64,000 nucleotides of DNA from a virus (lineage: Duplodnaviria; Caudoviricetes): positions 1,629 through 65,628 of the IMG/VR virus record IMGVR_UViG_3300032307_000539; one strand, written 5' to 3'. How positions within the stretch are numbered: the stretch's first letter is position 1; each line of letters starts with the position of its first letter. Below, in pieces: positions 37,965 through 48,462 of this stretch. The notes under the pieces were generated by a model, which was given only the letters and a program-made list of their open reading frames with translations, did no database searches and was not told the origin of the DNA. The translations under genes were made by a program, and so were the position numbers.

Positions 37965-39553
37965 TATGCTCTTTTATTTGTAATTGTACACTCAGTAGTT
38001 AACAGTGTAGCCGATACAGAAACGGCGTTCTGAACTGCATTTCTAGTCACTTTAGTGGCATCTATAACACCAACGTAAAACATATCTCCAAAAGACTCTG
38101 ATATAACATCATACCCATATCCAAAACCTCTCTCTTCAATAGTGTCAGCTACATAATTAAAATCAACTGATGCATTCTCTAATATGTTTTTCATTGGCGC
38201 AGAAAGAGCATTTAATACACAAAGATAGCCGTCGACATAGTGTGTCGGGTTTTCAATGTACATATCTACATTTTTTAGGAGCTCCTCTTGAATTTCATAC
38301 AAACAAATACCACCCCCAGCAACAACACCTTCTTCAAGAGCAGACTTTACCGCTTTAATCGCATCATCAACACGGTCTTTCTTTTCTCTCATCTCAACTT
38401 CGGTATCGGCGCCAACATAAATAACAGCAACACCTCCAGAAAGCCTGCTTAACCTATCCTTGTAATGCCATAAATTAAGCTTGTTTTCAGCCCTTGCAAT
38501 CGCATCATTTACAGTTTTGATAGTATCTTCTATTTCTTCCTTAAAAGTCTCTCTATCGGTAATTATTACAGTGTCTTTCTCTGTAGAAACACATTTAATT
38601 GCGTGACCTAAATAGCTTGAGTCAACAGTGGACAAGTCGTTTCCTGTTTCGTCAGAAGCGAGTATGGCTCCTGTTAAAACACAAAGGTCTTGAAGTAGTT
38701 CAAATCTCTTAATACCAACTCCTTCTGGTTTTACAACATTAACCTTAATATTCCCTTTTGCCTTGTTTACGTTTAATGCATTAAGCACGGAATCATCCAT
38801 ATCTGAAATAATTAACAAAGAACGCTTATTGCTTGTTACTACTTCAAGCACAGAAATAATTTCGTCCATAGACTTAATCTCTTGGTCTGAAATAAATACA
38901 AGAGGGTTATGTAGTACGGCCTCGTGTTTTTCTTTATTGGTAATTAAGTACGGGCTAGCATATCCTTTATTAATTTTTGTCCCATTAATTACGTCTACGT
39001 GTGTTTTGGAAGTAAGGCTTTCCTCCATAGTTACAATACCATTCTTGCCCACCTTTGAATATGCGTCTGCGATAATGTTACCTAGCTCCGGGTCGTTATT
39101 TGCGGAAATCCTAGACACGCTTTTCAGTGTGGTTTTATTTACTTTCTTAGACTTTTTCTTTAGAATTTCTACAACATCTTTAGCGCATCCTTCCATCCCT
39201 TTTTTAAACATCGTAATGTTTGTTCCGTCTTGAACAACACCCATTGCATTTTCAATAATAGCTTGAGCCAAAACCATAGATGTTGAGGTTCCATCCCCGG
39301 CATTATCAGCACTTCTTGAAGACGCTTGCTTTACAACGCTGGCTCCAAGATTTTCAATTGGGTCGGAAAGATTAATTGAGTTTGCGACAGTAACACCATC
39401 CTTTGAAACGTGAGGAAGCCCTCTTTCGTCTTCGATGATTACATTCCTGCCCGAAGGACCTAATGTAACTTTCACTGCATTCGCAACAGTGTCTACTCCT
39501 TTTTTCAATTTAGTCTTGGCATCAATGCCATAAAGAACTTCTTTTTCTATCAT
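37964..39553 (-). CDS. groEL: chaperonin GroEL (phage type)
   Basis: AVKVTLGPSGRNV, KDGVTVA, AGDGTSTS, EEGVVAGGG; lacks the GGM tail. Confidence 0.95.
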   Translation of the reverse strand: MIEKEVLYGIDAKTKLKKGVDTVANAVKVTLGPSGRNVIIEDERGLPHVSKDGVTVANSINLSDPIENLGASVVKQASSRSADNAGDGTSTSMVLAQAIIENAMGVVQDGTNITMFKKGMEGCAKDVVEILKKKSKKVNKTTLKSVSRISANNDPELGNIIADAYSKVGKNGIVTMEESLTSKTHVDVINGTKINKGYASPYLITNKEKHEAVLHNPLVFISDQEIKSMDEIISVLEVVTSNKRSLLIISDMDDSVLNALNVNKAKGNIKVNVVKPEGVGIKRFELLQDLCVLTGAILASDETGNDLSTVDSSYLGHAIKCVSTEKDTVIITDRETFKEEIEDTIKTVNDAIARAENKLNLWHYKDRLSRLSGGVAVIYVGADTEVEMREKKDRVDDAIKAVKSALEEGVVAGGGICLYEIQEELLKNVDMYIENPTHYVDGYLCVLNALSAPMKNILENASVDFNYVADTIEERGFGYGYDVISESFGDMFYVGVIDATKVTRNAVQNAVSVSATLLTTECTITNKRA

Positions 39554-39579
39554 AGTTATTTGATTTTATTAAGATTTAG

Positions 39580-39604
39580 CAAATATAAAACTTTTGTACA
39601 TTTG
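39580..39604. promoter_or_regulatory. divergent Bacteroidota promoters
   Basis: TATATTTG (minus, 39580-39587) and TACATTTG (plus, 39597-39604). Confidence 0.6.
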
Positions 39605-39625
39605 TTGTAAGCAAATTTTTAAAAT

Positions 39626-39838
39626 ATGAAAGACCTACTTCAACAGTTTAGATACCTTATTGACATTTACGAGTCAACTGGTGATATGTCTCATCTCTTT
39701 GAGTTAGAAAGAGAGCTTGGAGACTTTCTTGATACCGTAGTTGATGATTATCTTGAGGAGACCAATTACGATAATGTTTCCGAAAACTTTTACGTTCAAA
39801 ACATAATCAATTGGGTTCAGAATCACACTAGGGAATAA
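39626..39838 (+). CDS. acidic hypothetical protein
   Basis: ORF with an upstream promoter element. Confidence 0.55.
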   Translation: MKDLLQQFRYLIDIYESTGDMSHLFELERELGDFLDTVVDDYLEETNYDNVSENFYVQNIINWVQNHTRE

Positions 39839-39865
39839 CCCGTGTTTTCATCGCTTAAAGCCGTG

Positions 39866-40714
39866 CTATTGTGCGGCTTTTTTTAATTCATCCCATCTTT
39901 TGTTTACGGTTAATCTAGAAACACCGCTATACTCGCTTACGCTAGACTTTGTTACTTTTAATCCTTTTTCCTTTAAAATCATTATTGCACGAATCATTAA
40001 GTCGGTTTTTTCGTTTCTTAAACATTCATTTTTATCAATAACCAAATCATATCCTTTCACGAGCATTTCGTTCATATATTCTTCGTAATGTTTTTTTACT
40101 GTCTTATATGAAATACCAGTTATTAGACTTATATCTGATATAGAACAAATTTTATTCTCTTCTTTAATAGATACGATTGAATTAATTATTTCTGATTTTA
40201 CTTTATTCATTTTCATCTTGTTTAAACATTTTGAACTTTCTTTGATTTTTTTTATTCTTATCAATTCATTATACTCCTTTATATATTCTTTACCTTCTAG
40301 TGAGTTTAACATAATTTCTTCTTCTTCCGTTAGTTTAATCAATTCATCGACATTGTTCTTCCATTCTATCTTTTTGAGCTCTTTAACTTTTGAAAACAAC
40401 TCAGCATTAAAGCCGCCAAAAAAAACGTCATTACACACTTTATATACATCAGAGTCCAATAAGAAAGTACCATTGGTCTTCATTGTAGAGCGAATCAATT
40501 TAAGACCATCCTTAACTAATTCTTCTTCCGTACAATCAGTATTTAAATACCAGACTTTCCAGACGTAAACACGATAGTTGTACAGAGCTGTTTCTCTAGA
40601 AGAAGATATGTTAACATACCTAGCATCTACACATTCATACTTATCGTTCCAAACATAGAGATACTCAAACTCAACCCTATCCTTTTTATCTGTTAAAACT
40701 ACAAACTTTTTCAT
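39866..40714 (-). CDS. DNA-binding protein with two C-terminal HTH motifs
   Basis: SISDISLITGISYKTVKKHY and TKSSVSEYSGVSRLTVNKRW; start MKKFVV after TATCTTTG (40720-40727, minus). Confidence 0.6.
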   Translation of the reverse strand: MKKFVVLTDKKDRVEFEYLYVWNDKYECVDARYVNISSSRETALYNYRVYVWKVWYLNTDCTEEELVKDGLKLIRSTMKTNGTFLLDSDVYKVCNDVFFGGFNAELFSKVKELKKIEWKNNVDELIKLTEEEEIMLNSLEGKEYIKEYNELIRIKKIKESSKCLNKMKMNKVKSEIINSIVSIKEENKICSISDISLITGISYKTVKKHYEEYMNEMLVKGYDLVIDKNECLRNEKTDLMIRAIMILKEKGLKVTKSSVSEYSGVSRLTVNKRWDELKKAAQ

Positions 40715-40899
40715 CACAACAAAGATAATAAATAATATCAATACTACAAGCAATGTGTTTGCAATTATCAAAAATGTATATACCTTTGGAAGCAGTCCTT
40801 TATATAAACCACTGACTACAATGGTGTATACATTTTTTAAAACCACAACTATACAAACAACTTGTAGAAACCTACAAAGTACCCCTATCACGTTTTATA

Positions 40900-42090
40900 A
40901 TATATATAATTAAGCGACATAGGGTGGCATTGTAGGTTTTTAAAACCAAAGAAGTAAAACGATGAAAACACGATATAGTTCCAGCCCGCTTAAACTCCAT
41001 AGTAGACACGCCTAAAAACCATAGTACATAATACGATTGATTGGATTCCCTCCCCCGCTTTCACCTCTCTCTTCCCAATAAAACTCTTTTCCCTTTAGTC
41101 CCCCCCTACATTTATTTTTAGACGCGTCTAAAAAATATTTTAGCTTTTTCTAACTACATTTTTGTGGCTTCATAAAACTATTTTTTCGGTTTGCCTAAAA
41201 AAGTATCAATACTATTTATGGTTTTTTGTTGGGGTATAGGTTTTATTTATTATAAGGTTTGTTTATGGCTTTGGGATTATCCCTAACTTTTTTTTATGAT
41301 TTATCAAACTTATAATTCAAATGTTTTTTATAGGTTTTTTCCTTTGTGTTTTAATCGTTGTTTCAATTACTTACATATATATACAATTAATACACTACTT
41401 TTTTTCAATAGCAAAATAACAAACCCAAAATAAGGGCATTTTTAAGCGATTTAAGAGGCTTTTATACTTGTATGGTGTCTTACTACCAAAACAAAAATAA
41501 AGTTAAAAATCCTTTATTTACAGGGTTTCACAAGGCTTTTTATTTTAAATAATACCAAAATGTAGGATTATACTTACAATGTAAGATAATTCTTACTTTT
41601 AAAAACACTGTTTTTGTAAGAAAATACTGTATTAATATTGCACTTTATCGGTTTTTTGTGCATTTCATCGATTTTTTTTGGTTTTGGGTTTATGTTCGTT
41701 GTATATTCGCCTTGTGTTTGAGAAACGGCAGGCACTATATATATAACGTTCGTTGAATAGCCGTTTCAATCTTTTAAGGTTTTTAAATTGATTTTTAGCC
41801 GTCGGCATTCCGATACCGAGAAAGCGTACTATATAGGCGCTAACAAGTTAACGACAGGGTTAACAGGGTTTTAAATTAATTGTAAAAATCGACGTGCCGA
41901 GCTAAGTGGATTTTGTCCGCAAGGTGCTAAAGGGTTTAGCGTTGTAACTTGAACGGGTTACATTTGAAATTTTGTACATTTTTTAACTTTATAATAAAGG
42001 GTTAACCTCTTGAGGTACGATATTTTTTATATCGGCTTTATTCGTTTAAAGTAACCCACAAAAACTATTTTATTAATCTTAAATTTTATA
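40900..42090. other. long non-coding region, likely genome end/packaging site and early promoter region
   Basis: About 1.2 kb with no ORF, homopolymer-rich, at the switch between minus-strand and plus-strand gene blocks. Confidence 0.5.
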
Positions 42091-42093
42091 ATT

Positions 42094-42423
42094 ATGAGTG
42101 CAACAGCAGCAACAAAAAAACAAGTTACAACAAAACAAGCAACAACAACGGCAAAAAAAGAAACTACCAAGAAAGTTTCTGACTACCAAAAAAACGTATT
42201 GTTTGTAAATAGGGATTTCAAAACCTATTTAAGAAATACGGGTAAAGCTATCAAATTGTTATTGTCCACAGAGGCAATAACGCCAAAGCAAAAAATGTTT
42301 TTCCGAAATTTACAGAAAAACGACGTATTGTACCAAGCATTTGACAAAACCGTGAAACGAAACAAAAATAACGAGGTTTCCGTATTCGAGGTTTTGAAGG
42401 CGTATCACCGAACAACAAAGTAA
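42094..42423 (+). CDS. first early protein, basic
   Basis: ORF with an AT-rich initiation region. Confidence 0.65.
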   Translation: MSATAATKKQVTTKQATTTAKKETTKKVSDYQKNVLFVNRDFKTYLRNTGKAIKLLLSTEAITPKQKMFFRNLQKNDVLYQAFDKTVKRNKNNEVSVFEVLKAYHRTTK

Positions 42424-43097
42424 TTCGATTAACACAAAGGTAAAAGTATAGGGGCGGTTTATACCGTTCCTATATTTTTTTCGTTTCACAATCACCCAAT
42501 GTAAAGGTATGTGAGGCAAATAATCAAATTGTGTTCCCATAGTGGGCAAAGTACATTCGGTTGTAAACACAAACAAATAGGTTAAATAATGTACTTATGA
42601 ATAGCTACACCGTTAAACATAGGTGTACGCCCTTACTATATCGGGGCTAATAGTATAGTGACACAGCCATTGGAATAGTATGGCATCGAGTACCTTTGAC
42701 TTGCGGGAACGTGTTAAGGCATTTACATTTTGAAATAGGTGTAGGCTATACGTATGTGCGTATAGAATAGTAAGTCAGTGTATTGTAGTTACGTGTGGCA
42801 ACGTGGCGAAATACACTTTAATTCATTAGAAAATGTTTGTCCCTTATGGGGATTTTATATATTATAACGTGTGGTCTTTCACAATCACTGCACGTGTGGA
42901 ATGTATTGCAAACCTATGAGTTTTGTACATTAAAACTTTACTGTGAAAGGTTGAAAGTAAAAAATAATGTATTGCAAGTATTGGGAACGGCTGTGTTTTG
43001 GTCGTTCCCTTTTTTATCACTACAACTATGGTAGGCGTTACTTAGGTGCGTGTGGGTTCGATTCCCAATGTGGTGGCTAATTTTAAAAATATGTATT

Positions 43098-43337
43098 ATG
43101 AAAAAAGTATTAGCATTAGTATTTCTAGCTGCAAGTTTAATAAGTTGTAAGCACGAAGAAACAGTAAGAGGAGTTGTGGTTGGTCACGAAACATTCGCAG
43201 ACAAATATGGGCGTGGAACTTACAGCACTATTATCAAAACAGAAGATGGGCGTGTAGTGGAGAGTACGGAATTGAAGTATTATATTGAGCCTGTGGGAAG
43301 TAAAGTTGCAATCAAAGTATCAATATCTAATAAATAA
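43098..43337 (+). CDS. putative lipoprotein
   Basis: MKKVLALVFLAASLISC lipobox. Confidence 0.6.
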   Translation: MKKVLALVFLAASLISCKHEETVRGVVVGHETFADKYGRGTYSTIIKTEDGRVVESTELKYYIEPVGSKVAIKVSISNK

Positions 43338-43342
43338 GTTAT

Positions 43343-43660
43343 ATGGAAAATAAAAATTATTATGTCATAACGACAGTGGACAACTCTATTTTAGAGAGAA
43401 ACAATTACGAGGCGCAAATACATTTTTTGTTAGATGATTACAATGAAGATGGTATTTATATAGCGTCTTTGTTTAATATTGCGGATTGCGATGACTACAA
43501 ACTAATAATAAAAGAAGAATTTACCACATTCAAGGGTGCCGTAGATTACTTAACTAACGGAGCAAGTATTTATTTGGAAAGCGATTTTAATAACGCAATA
43601 AGAAAGGGTGAGTCTGCCAAAAAAGATTTAGAGACAATTAAAAATGGATTTCAATTATAA
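43343..43660 (+). CDS. hypothetical protein
   Basis: ORF in the early operon. Confidence 0.55.
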   Translation: MENKNYYVITTVDNSILERNNYEAQIHFLLDDYNEDGIYIASLFNIADCDDYKLIIKEEFTTFKGAVDYLTNGASIYLESDFNNAIRKGESAKKDLETIKNGFQL

Positions 43661-43673
43661 AACTGAATGTATT

Positions 43674-43847
43674 ATGAAAAATTACTATTTACTAATGTCG
43701 TTGGTGTTCGCTTTATTTACTGCGATAGTATCTGTTAATTTGATTTTCTTCTGCGACTCGCAGGATGAAGTTTTCGCTTCCGCTTACCTTGTTGTGGTTT
43801 TTTCGTTAGCCGTTCTTTATTGTGACTGTCAAAAATCAAAATACTAA
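43674..43847 (+). CDS. small membrane protein
   Basis: Two TMs; start context ATGTATTATGAAAAA shared with 43098. Confidence 0.5.
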   Translation: MKNYYLLMSLVFALFTAIVSVNLIFFCDSQDEVFASAYLVVVFSLAVLYCDCQKSKY

Positions 43848-43852
43848 GTAAA

Positions 43853-45025
43853 ATGAAAGCAACAAAATACAACGGTACAAGATACCAATTAGACGAAAGT
43901 AAATTTAAACCTGCGTACATTAAATTCGACCAAGACATGTTTGATGACGAAATCTATCCCGTGTTGTTTGGGTTGGGGTTTGAGGTTAGGAATTTGGAAG
44001 AAAATTGGAAATATGTAACAAACGAACTGAGTGGAAGCGATTTTAACTTTTCGCTAACTGGTCAAGATAGTTATGAAAAACCCCGCCTCCAATGCCACAC
44101 CGCTACTGAATTTCTCAACGCAAGCGGTATTTTTGCGGATGAACTCCCCAAAGATTGGTATATCGAAGTGACTGATGACAATTTAGAGGAGTTGGATGCG
44201 TGGAGGAAGAGTGTGGCGAAGGATTTTACTCACCATCGTTTAAAAGTAGGGTGGTTTGTTATGTCTAAACATCATACGGATGAAAGCAATTATTTTCGCG
44301 GATATGAATGTTATTTAATAAAATACCATCCCAACCACCAAAAAATCGACTTAGAAACATTTAGAAAAATTACAAATATGAAACCAGATTTTTCAATTAA
44401 AGGAACAAAACTTCCTAGTATCCCTAGAGGAACGCTCTATAGAGCATATCATTCACCATATAAAAATGAATTCGGTCTTAGTTCTAAGACTCTTGTCTCC
44501 TACGGATTGGAAGAATTTGAAGGCGAGACGTATGTTTTAGCTGACATCAACGATTACAAGGGTAGTAATTACTTTATGTTTAAACTCTCATACATTGAAC
44601 ATTTATGGAAAGAACAAAGTCAAAAACAAGATGTGAAAAAATTCACAATCACCGCAGAACAAGCACAATCAATCATTAACATTGCTTGCAGCGCATGGAA
44701 AAAACAATTAGCTGAAAAATGGGCTAACAACATTGTATTAGGGGACGAAATTGAAGTCTCAGAAGAGTTCTACAAAGAAATGCGAGCAGCTTGTACAGCA
44801 CCACAAAACGAGTTGTTTGATAAAATCTTTGGGAAAGACGATGATTCTGTTGATTTGTCTATGTTAAATAAACCAGGAATTGATAGTACGACCCATGGAA
44901 TGATTCAGGTAAGAGGCGGTAGTGAGCATAGAAATAAAGCATTCTTTCTTTCAGAAGGTTTTAATTGGGAAATCAAAAGGGATTCAGAAGGATTATTATG
45001 TTTAATTCCAACAAAAAAGAAATAA
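43853..45025 (+). CDS. multi-domain hypothetical protein
   Basis: 390 aa ORF, apparently fused small modules (LPKDWYIEVT etc.). Confidence 0.6.
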   Translation: MKATKYNGTRYQLDESKFKPAYIKFDQDMFDDEIYPVLFGLGFEVRNLEENWKYVTNELSGSDFNFSLTGQDSYEKPRLQCHTATEFLNASGIFADELPKDWYIEVTDDNLEELDAWRKSVAKDFTHHRLKVGWFVMSKHHTDESNYFRGYECYLIKYHPNHQKIDLETFRKITNMKPDFSIKGTKLPSIPRGTLYRAYHSPYKNEFGLSSKTLVSYGLEEFEGETYVLADINDYKGSNYFMFKLSYIEHLWKEQSQKQDVKKFTITAEQAQSIINIACSAWKKQLAEKWANNIVLGDEIEVSEEFYKEMRAACTAPQNELFDKIFGKDDDSVDLSMLNKPGIDSTTHGMIQVRGGSEHRNKAFFLSEGFNWEIKRDSEGLLCLIPTKKK

Positions 45026-45028
45026 ATT

Positions 45029-45226
45029 ATGAAACCAATCTATTACTTCGCAGTCTCTATGTCTGCTTTTATTTTAGTAGTTATGCCAACTATTTGTGGT
45101 ATTATCGAACAATCGGCTCATATTGTATGGGCTTGTGTTTTCATTGAAGTAAACCTGCTTGCTTCAATCTACTCTTTGTACTTAGAATTAAAAAGAAAAA
45201 CACGATGGGAGCAAGACCAAGAATAA
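45029..45226 (+). CDS. small membrane protein
   Basis: Two TMs. Confidence 0.45.
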   Translation: MKPIYYFAVSMSAFILVVMPTICGIIEQSAHIVWACVFIEVNLLASIYSLYLELKRKTRWEQDQE

Positions 45227-45402
45227 AGACTTTTATCCGAGAAGCAATTGCTTTGGAGGATAGAAAAGCAGAGGTTTTCAATCTAGCTTTAAGACAAATT
45301 GTTAGTGAGAAAAAAGTTTCATTCAAAGAAGCTAAGACTATACTAAAGAAACAGCTTTTTTGGGCAAACGTCAACAGAGAGTTTAACGCTTTAAACGCAT
45401 AG
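45205..45402 (+). CDS. hypothetical protein
   Basis: Coupled ORF. Confidence 0.5.
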   Translation: MGARPRIKTFIREAIALEDRKAEVFNLALRQIVSEKKVSFKEAKTILKKQLFWANVNREFNALNA

Positions 45403-45407
45403 GTATT

Positions 45408-45653
45408 ATGATTTTATTAGGTAATCACACATACGCAGAGTTCGTAATGATTTTTCTAGGTAATGATGTTGCCACTAAGTATATTCAAAACTGTAGGCAT
45501 ATAGACCCAACCGAAAAACCATTAAATAAAAATTCAGTTCTTCGATGTATTGACAATTCTTTTTATTGGAGTTCAACACCGGATGGTCATGAGTATTGGA
45601 GAGAAAAAGACAAACAAATGTCATGTAATTTAAACGATTTACCCAACCTTTAA
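45408..45653 (+). CDS. hypothetical protein (F.WS.TP.GHEYW family)
   Basis: SFYWSSTPDGHEYW motif. Confidence 0.55.
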   Translation: MILLGNHTYAEFVMIFLGNDVATKYIQNCRHIDPTEKPLNKNSVLRCIDNSFYWSSTPDGHEYWREKDKQMSCNLNDLPNL

Positions 45654-45680
45654 CTTGTTAATCAAATTAAATATTTTATT

Positions 45681-47204
45681 ATGAAAAAAAGTTTTTCAAA
45701 AACAATCCAAGAACTCGGATTGGAAAAAGAAAGAGTTCTATCATCCATATCGTTTGGACACATCACAAAAGATGATGTAATAAATGGCGAATATATCATC
45801 TCTGATGCTGGGTTTTTATACAACCCTGACACGCACTTTGAATACAACGGCTCTATATACGATAAAGAAGAAGGATTCTACTGCGACCATAGAGGTCAGT
45901 TCCTTCCTTTTACCCAATTTGAGATTGCAGAGGTTGTTACTGATTCTGGAGTTCTTCAGTTGTGGAATAATAGTGATGCTTCTGACCTACAGTATTTCTA
46001 CGAAGACCGCTATTACGAATCGAGTCGGGCGGTGTACAACTCAGACATAAACCTGTGTGTTACAGAAGATACCGGTGTAGTAATGGACACCTTCAATGCT
46101 TATTACTCTGAAGAAAGTGGGTATTACTATGAGTATGAAGACAACATGCCTGAACACTCATCAAATTATTATGTCGACGAATACCACTATGGAGGGTATG
46201 AAAAATTCAACTTCTCCTCAGACCCACAGAGATTCATCGGCTTTGAAATTGAGAAAGAGGATTGGGAAGTCAAGTCGTCAATTGACATTAGCGAATTTAA
46301 GAGAAGAACTGGATTTGTTTGGAGAAAAGAGCGTGATGGCTCTTTGGATGATGAGAGTGGTTTTGAGGTAATCTCACCAACGTTTGAGTTAGATGTTGAC
46401 AAAATATTTGAACACATCAGAGGCAACGATGTTTTGGTGGACCACATCAACGCAAGTAAGTCGTATTCTTGCGGAGGGCACATACACCTGTCTGTAAAAG
46501 GAATGACTGGAAAAGAGTTGTTTAACCACATCAAGGGGTACGTTCCATTGTTCTATTCCTTGTACCACAGAAGAAGTGAGACCAACTACTGCAAAGCCAA
46601 GCCATCATCAAAGCTTCTTTCTGATAACGAGAAATACCAAGCAGTTCAAATTCTAGATAATAGAATTGAGTTTAGAATTATATCTGCGGTTAAGGATGTA
46701 GATAATCTTGAGTGGAGGGCTAAGTTAATGGAAATCATCCTTGATAATCCAACGAGTTGTTTCCGGAAAGCCTACGAAAACATATTGAAGTCAAACACCT
46801 TTGGTGGACACCTGAAAAAAGCGTATCCTGAAAAAGAAAAGTACGAAGCATTCAAGAAGAGAATCAAGGAAATGACCGAGAAATTCGAGAATGTCAACTT
46901 CAATATCTCTAAGTTCAAAGAAGCTCAAGAGGCTGCGGACAAGAATTACGAACAAGAAAAACGAATGTTATTTTACAAGAGTAACGTAAAACGGATTCAA
47001 TCTCTTATTAATTCTGGAGGATTTATGGCAAAGTTAGTAAACAAAAATCCATCTGACGACGAGTGGATGTTTATCGGCAGAGTTGCGGTTCCGTTTGAAG
47101 AGGGTCAGGTGTTAAAAGTAATCGATTTCAGTCGAGGATGTGCATTCAAAATAGAAGGATGTGAACACTATTTCCCAATGACTATGTTTGAAATACAACA
47201 GTAA
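45681..47204 (+). CDS. putative amidoligase (COOH-NH2 ligase family)
   Basis: FIGFEIE, ERDGSL, GFEVIS, SCGGHIHLS, IEFR motifs. Confidence 0.8.
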   Translation: MKKSFSKTIQELGLEKERVLSSISFGHITKDDVINGEYIISDAGFLYNPDTHFEYNGSIYDKEEGFYCDHRGQFLPFTQFEIAEVVTDSGVLQLWNNSDASDLQYFYEDRYYESSRAVYNSDINLCVTEDTGVVMDTFNAYYSEESGYYYEYEDNMPEHSSNYYVDEYHYGGYEKFNFSSDPQRFIGFEIEKEDWEVKSSIDISEFKRRTGFVWRKERDGSLDDESGFEVISPTFELDVDKIFEHIRGNDVLVDHINASKSYSCGGHIHLSVKGMTGKELFNHIKGYVPLFYSLYHRRSETNYCKAKPSSKLLSDNEKYQAVQILDNRIEFRIISAVKDVDNLEWRAKLMEIILDNPTSCFRKAYENILKSNTFGGHLKKAYPEKEKYEAFKKRIKEMTEKFENVNFNISKFKEAQEAADKNYEQEKRMLFYKSNVKRIQSLINSGGFMAKLVNKNPSDDEWMFIGRVAVPFEEGQVLKVIDFSRGCAFKIEGCEHYFPMTMFEIQQ

Positions 47205-47248
47205 AAATAAACTTTAAAAATAAATAATTAACAATAAAACTTAAAAAT

Positions 47249-48139
47249 ATGTGTATAGCTATATTGAATACTAAAAAAGGTGGATTAATTTCTGATGAGT
47301 CAATTTATAATTCTTGGGAGAACAACGATATGGGCGGTGGTCTTCTCTGGAATAAGTCAGGCAAGCTGAATGTCTTTAAGACCAAAACATACGCCGAGTT
47401 CCTGTCTATGTACAAATCTCTACGTGCTGACAATGACGTTGAAAACATTGTGCTTCACTTTAGGATTGCTACTAGCGGCTACGATGGTATGCATAACATT
47501 CACCCCTTCTTGGTCTCTGAAAACCTTGGGTTTGTTCATAACGGAGTGATTAACGGTCTTGGTGACAAGGATTATTCAGACACTTATTACTTTAATGAGA
47601 TGTTGAAGAATCTTCACGGTAACTTCCTAAAGAACATCACAATCATCGAGTTAATCGAGAACTACATAGGTTACAGCAAGTTAATCTTCTTGAACAATGA
47701 TGGTCGTTACAGGATTATAAACGAGCACTATGGTCACTGGGTGGGCAACAACTGGTATTCAAACGACTCGTACAAGTGGGTTAACAACTACGTTTACTAC
47801 GGTAATCAGAAGGTTTCTAAGTATGATTCTAAGTTAGATGCAAGCGCAAGAACATTTGTAGACGAAGATGATTTTGATTATGATTATGGTTACGGTGTTC
47901 CAAAAAAAGTTGACTCCGGACTAGAAGAGAGATTGTCTATTGATGGGTTTACTGAGTTTGAGTGCTACGAAGAGCTTTGTAGTTTTTATGGGGCGACGCC
48001 ATACACTGATGAAGCTGAAGAATTACTCAGCGAAGCGATGCAAGAATACCAAATAGACAACTGTATAGACCTTTATGACTGCTGGGTAAACTACAGTGCC
48101 TATCAAAACAATCAACGAAAAAACGGTGTTATCAACTAA
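47249..48139 (+). CDS. class II (Ntn) glutamine amidotransferase
   Basis: N-terminal MC, HFRIAT, HPF, HNG, SDT motifs; next to the amidoligase. Confidence 0.85.
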   Translation: MCIAILNTKKGGLISDESIYNSWENNDMGGGLLWNKSGKLNVFKTKTYAEFLSMYKSLRADNDVENIVLHFRIATSGYDGMHNIHPFLVSENLGFVHNGVINGLGDKDYSDTYYFNEMLKNLHGNFLKNITIIELIENYIGYSKLIFLNNDGRYRIINEHYGHWVGNNWYSNDSYKWVNNYVYYGNQKVSKYDSKLDASARTFVDEDDFDYDYGYGVPKKVDSGLEERLSIDGFTEFECYEELCSFYGATPYTDEAEELLSEAMQEYQIDNCIDLYDCWVNYSAYQNNQRKNGVIN

Positions 48140-48194
48140 TTTGTGTAATAATGGGCGGCGCCTTACCTCGTCGCCCTATTAAAAAATATTTACT

Positions 48195-48458
48195 ATGAAT
48201 GTAGAAGAATTTAAAGAAAGATGCAGATTAATAATGGGAGACGACGACTTTGATTTTGTGTTTTCAAAGGTTAAGGAATCAAACGTTGAGTATTACTACA
48301 AACACAAAGACGGGCTCTCTAAAATAATAAACTCGTTTTCTTGGTCGTTTCACGACGATAACAGATGTAGAAATATTTGCGACAAATACTTAGAACTAAA
48401 CACGATGGTAAATTACAGTCACCTAAGCACCCGTTCTTTATATCACACCTTATATTAA
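48195..48458 (+). CDS. hypothetical protein
   Basis: ORF in the small-gene array. Confidence 0.5.
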   Translation: MNVEEFKERCRLIMGDDDFDFVFSKVKESNVEYYYKHKDGLSKIINSFSWSFHDDNRCRNICDKYLELNTMVNYSHLSTRSLYHTLY

Positions 48459-48462
48459 ATCT

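Noticed and set aside
1579-39233. Numerous plus-strand ORFs antisense to the virion genes
   Set aside because: Shadow ORFs rich in Ser/Phe/Leu, fully overlapping well-supported minus-strand genes.
40715-40891. Hydrophobic N-terminal extension of the 341-aa ORF
   Set aside because: It runs through a promoter element and AT-rich non-coding DNA; ATG 40714 is more plausible.
42837-43034. 65-aa ORF with a TTG start
   Set aside because: Poor start context and atypical composition; the region is better explained as structured RNA.
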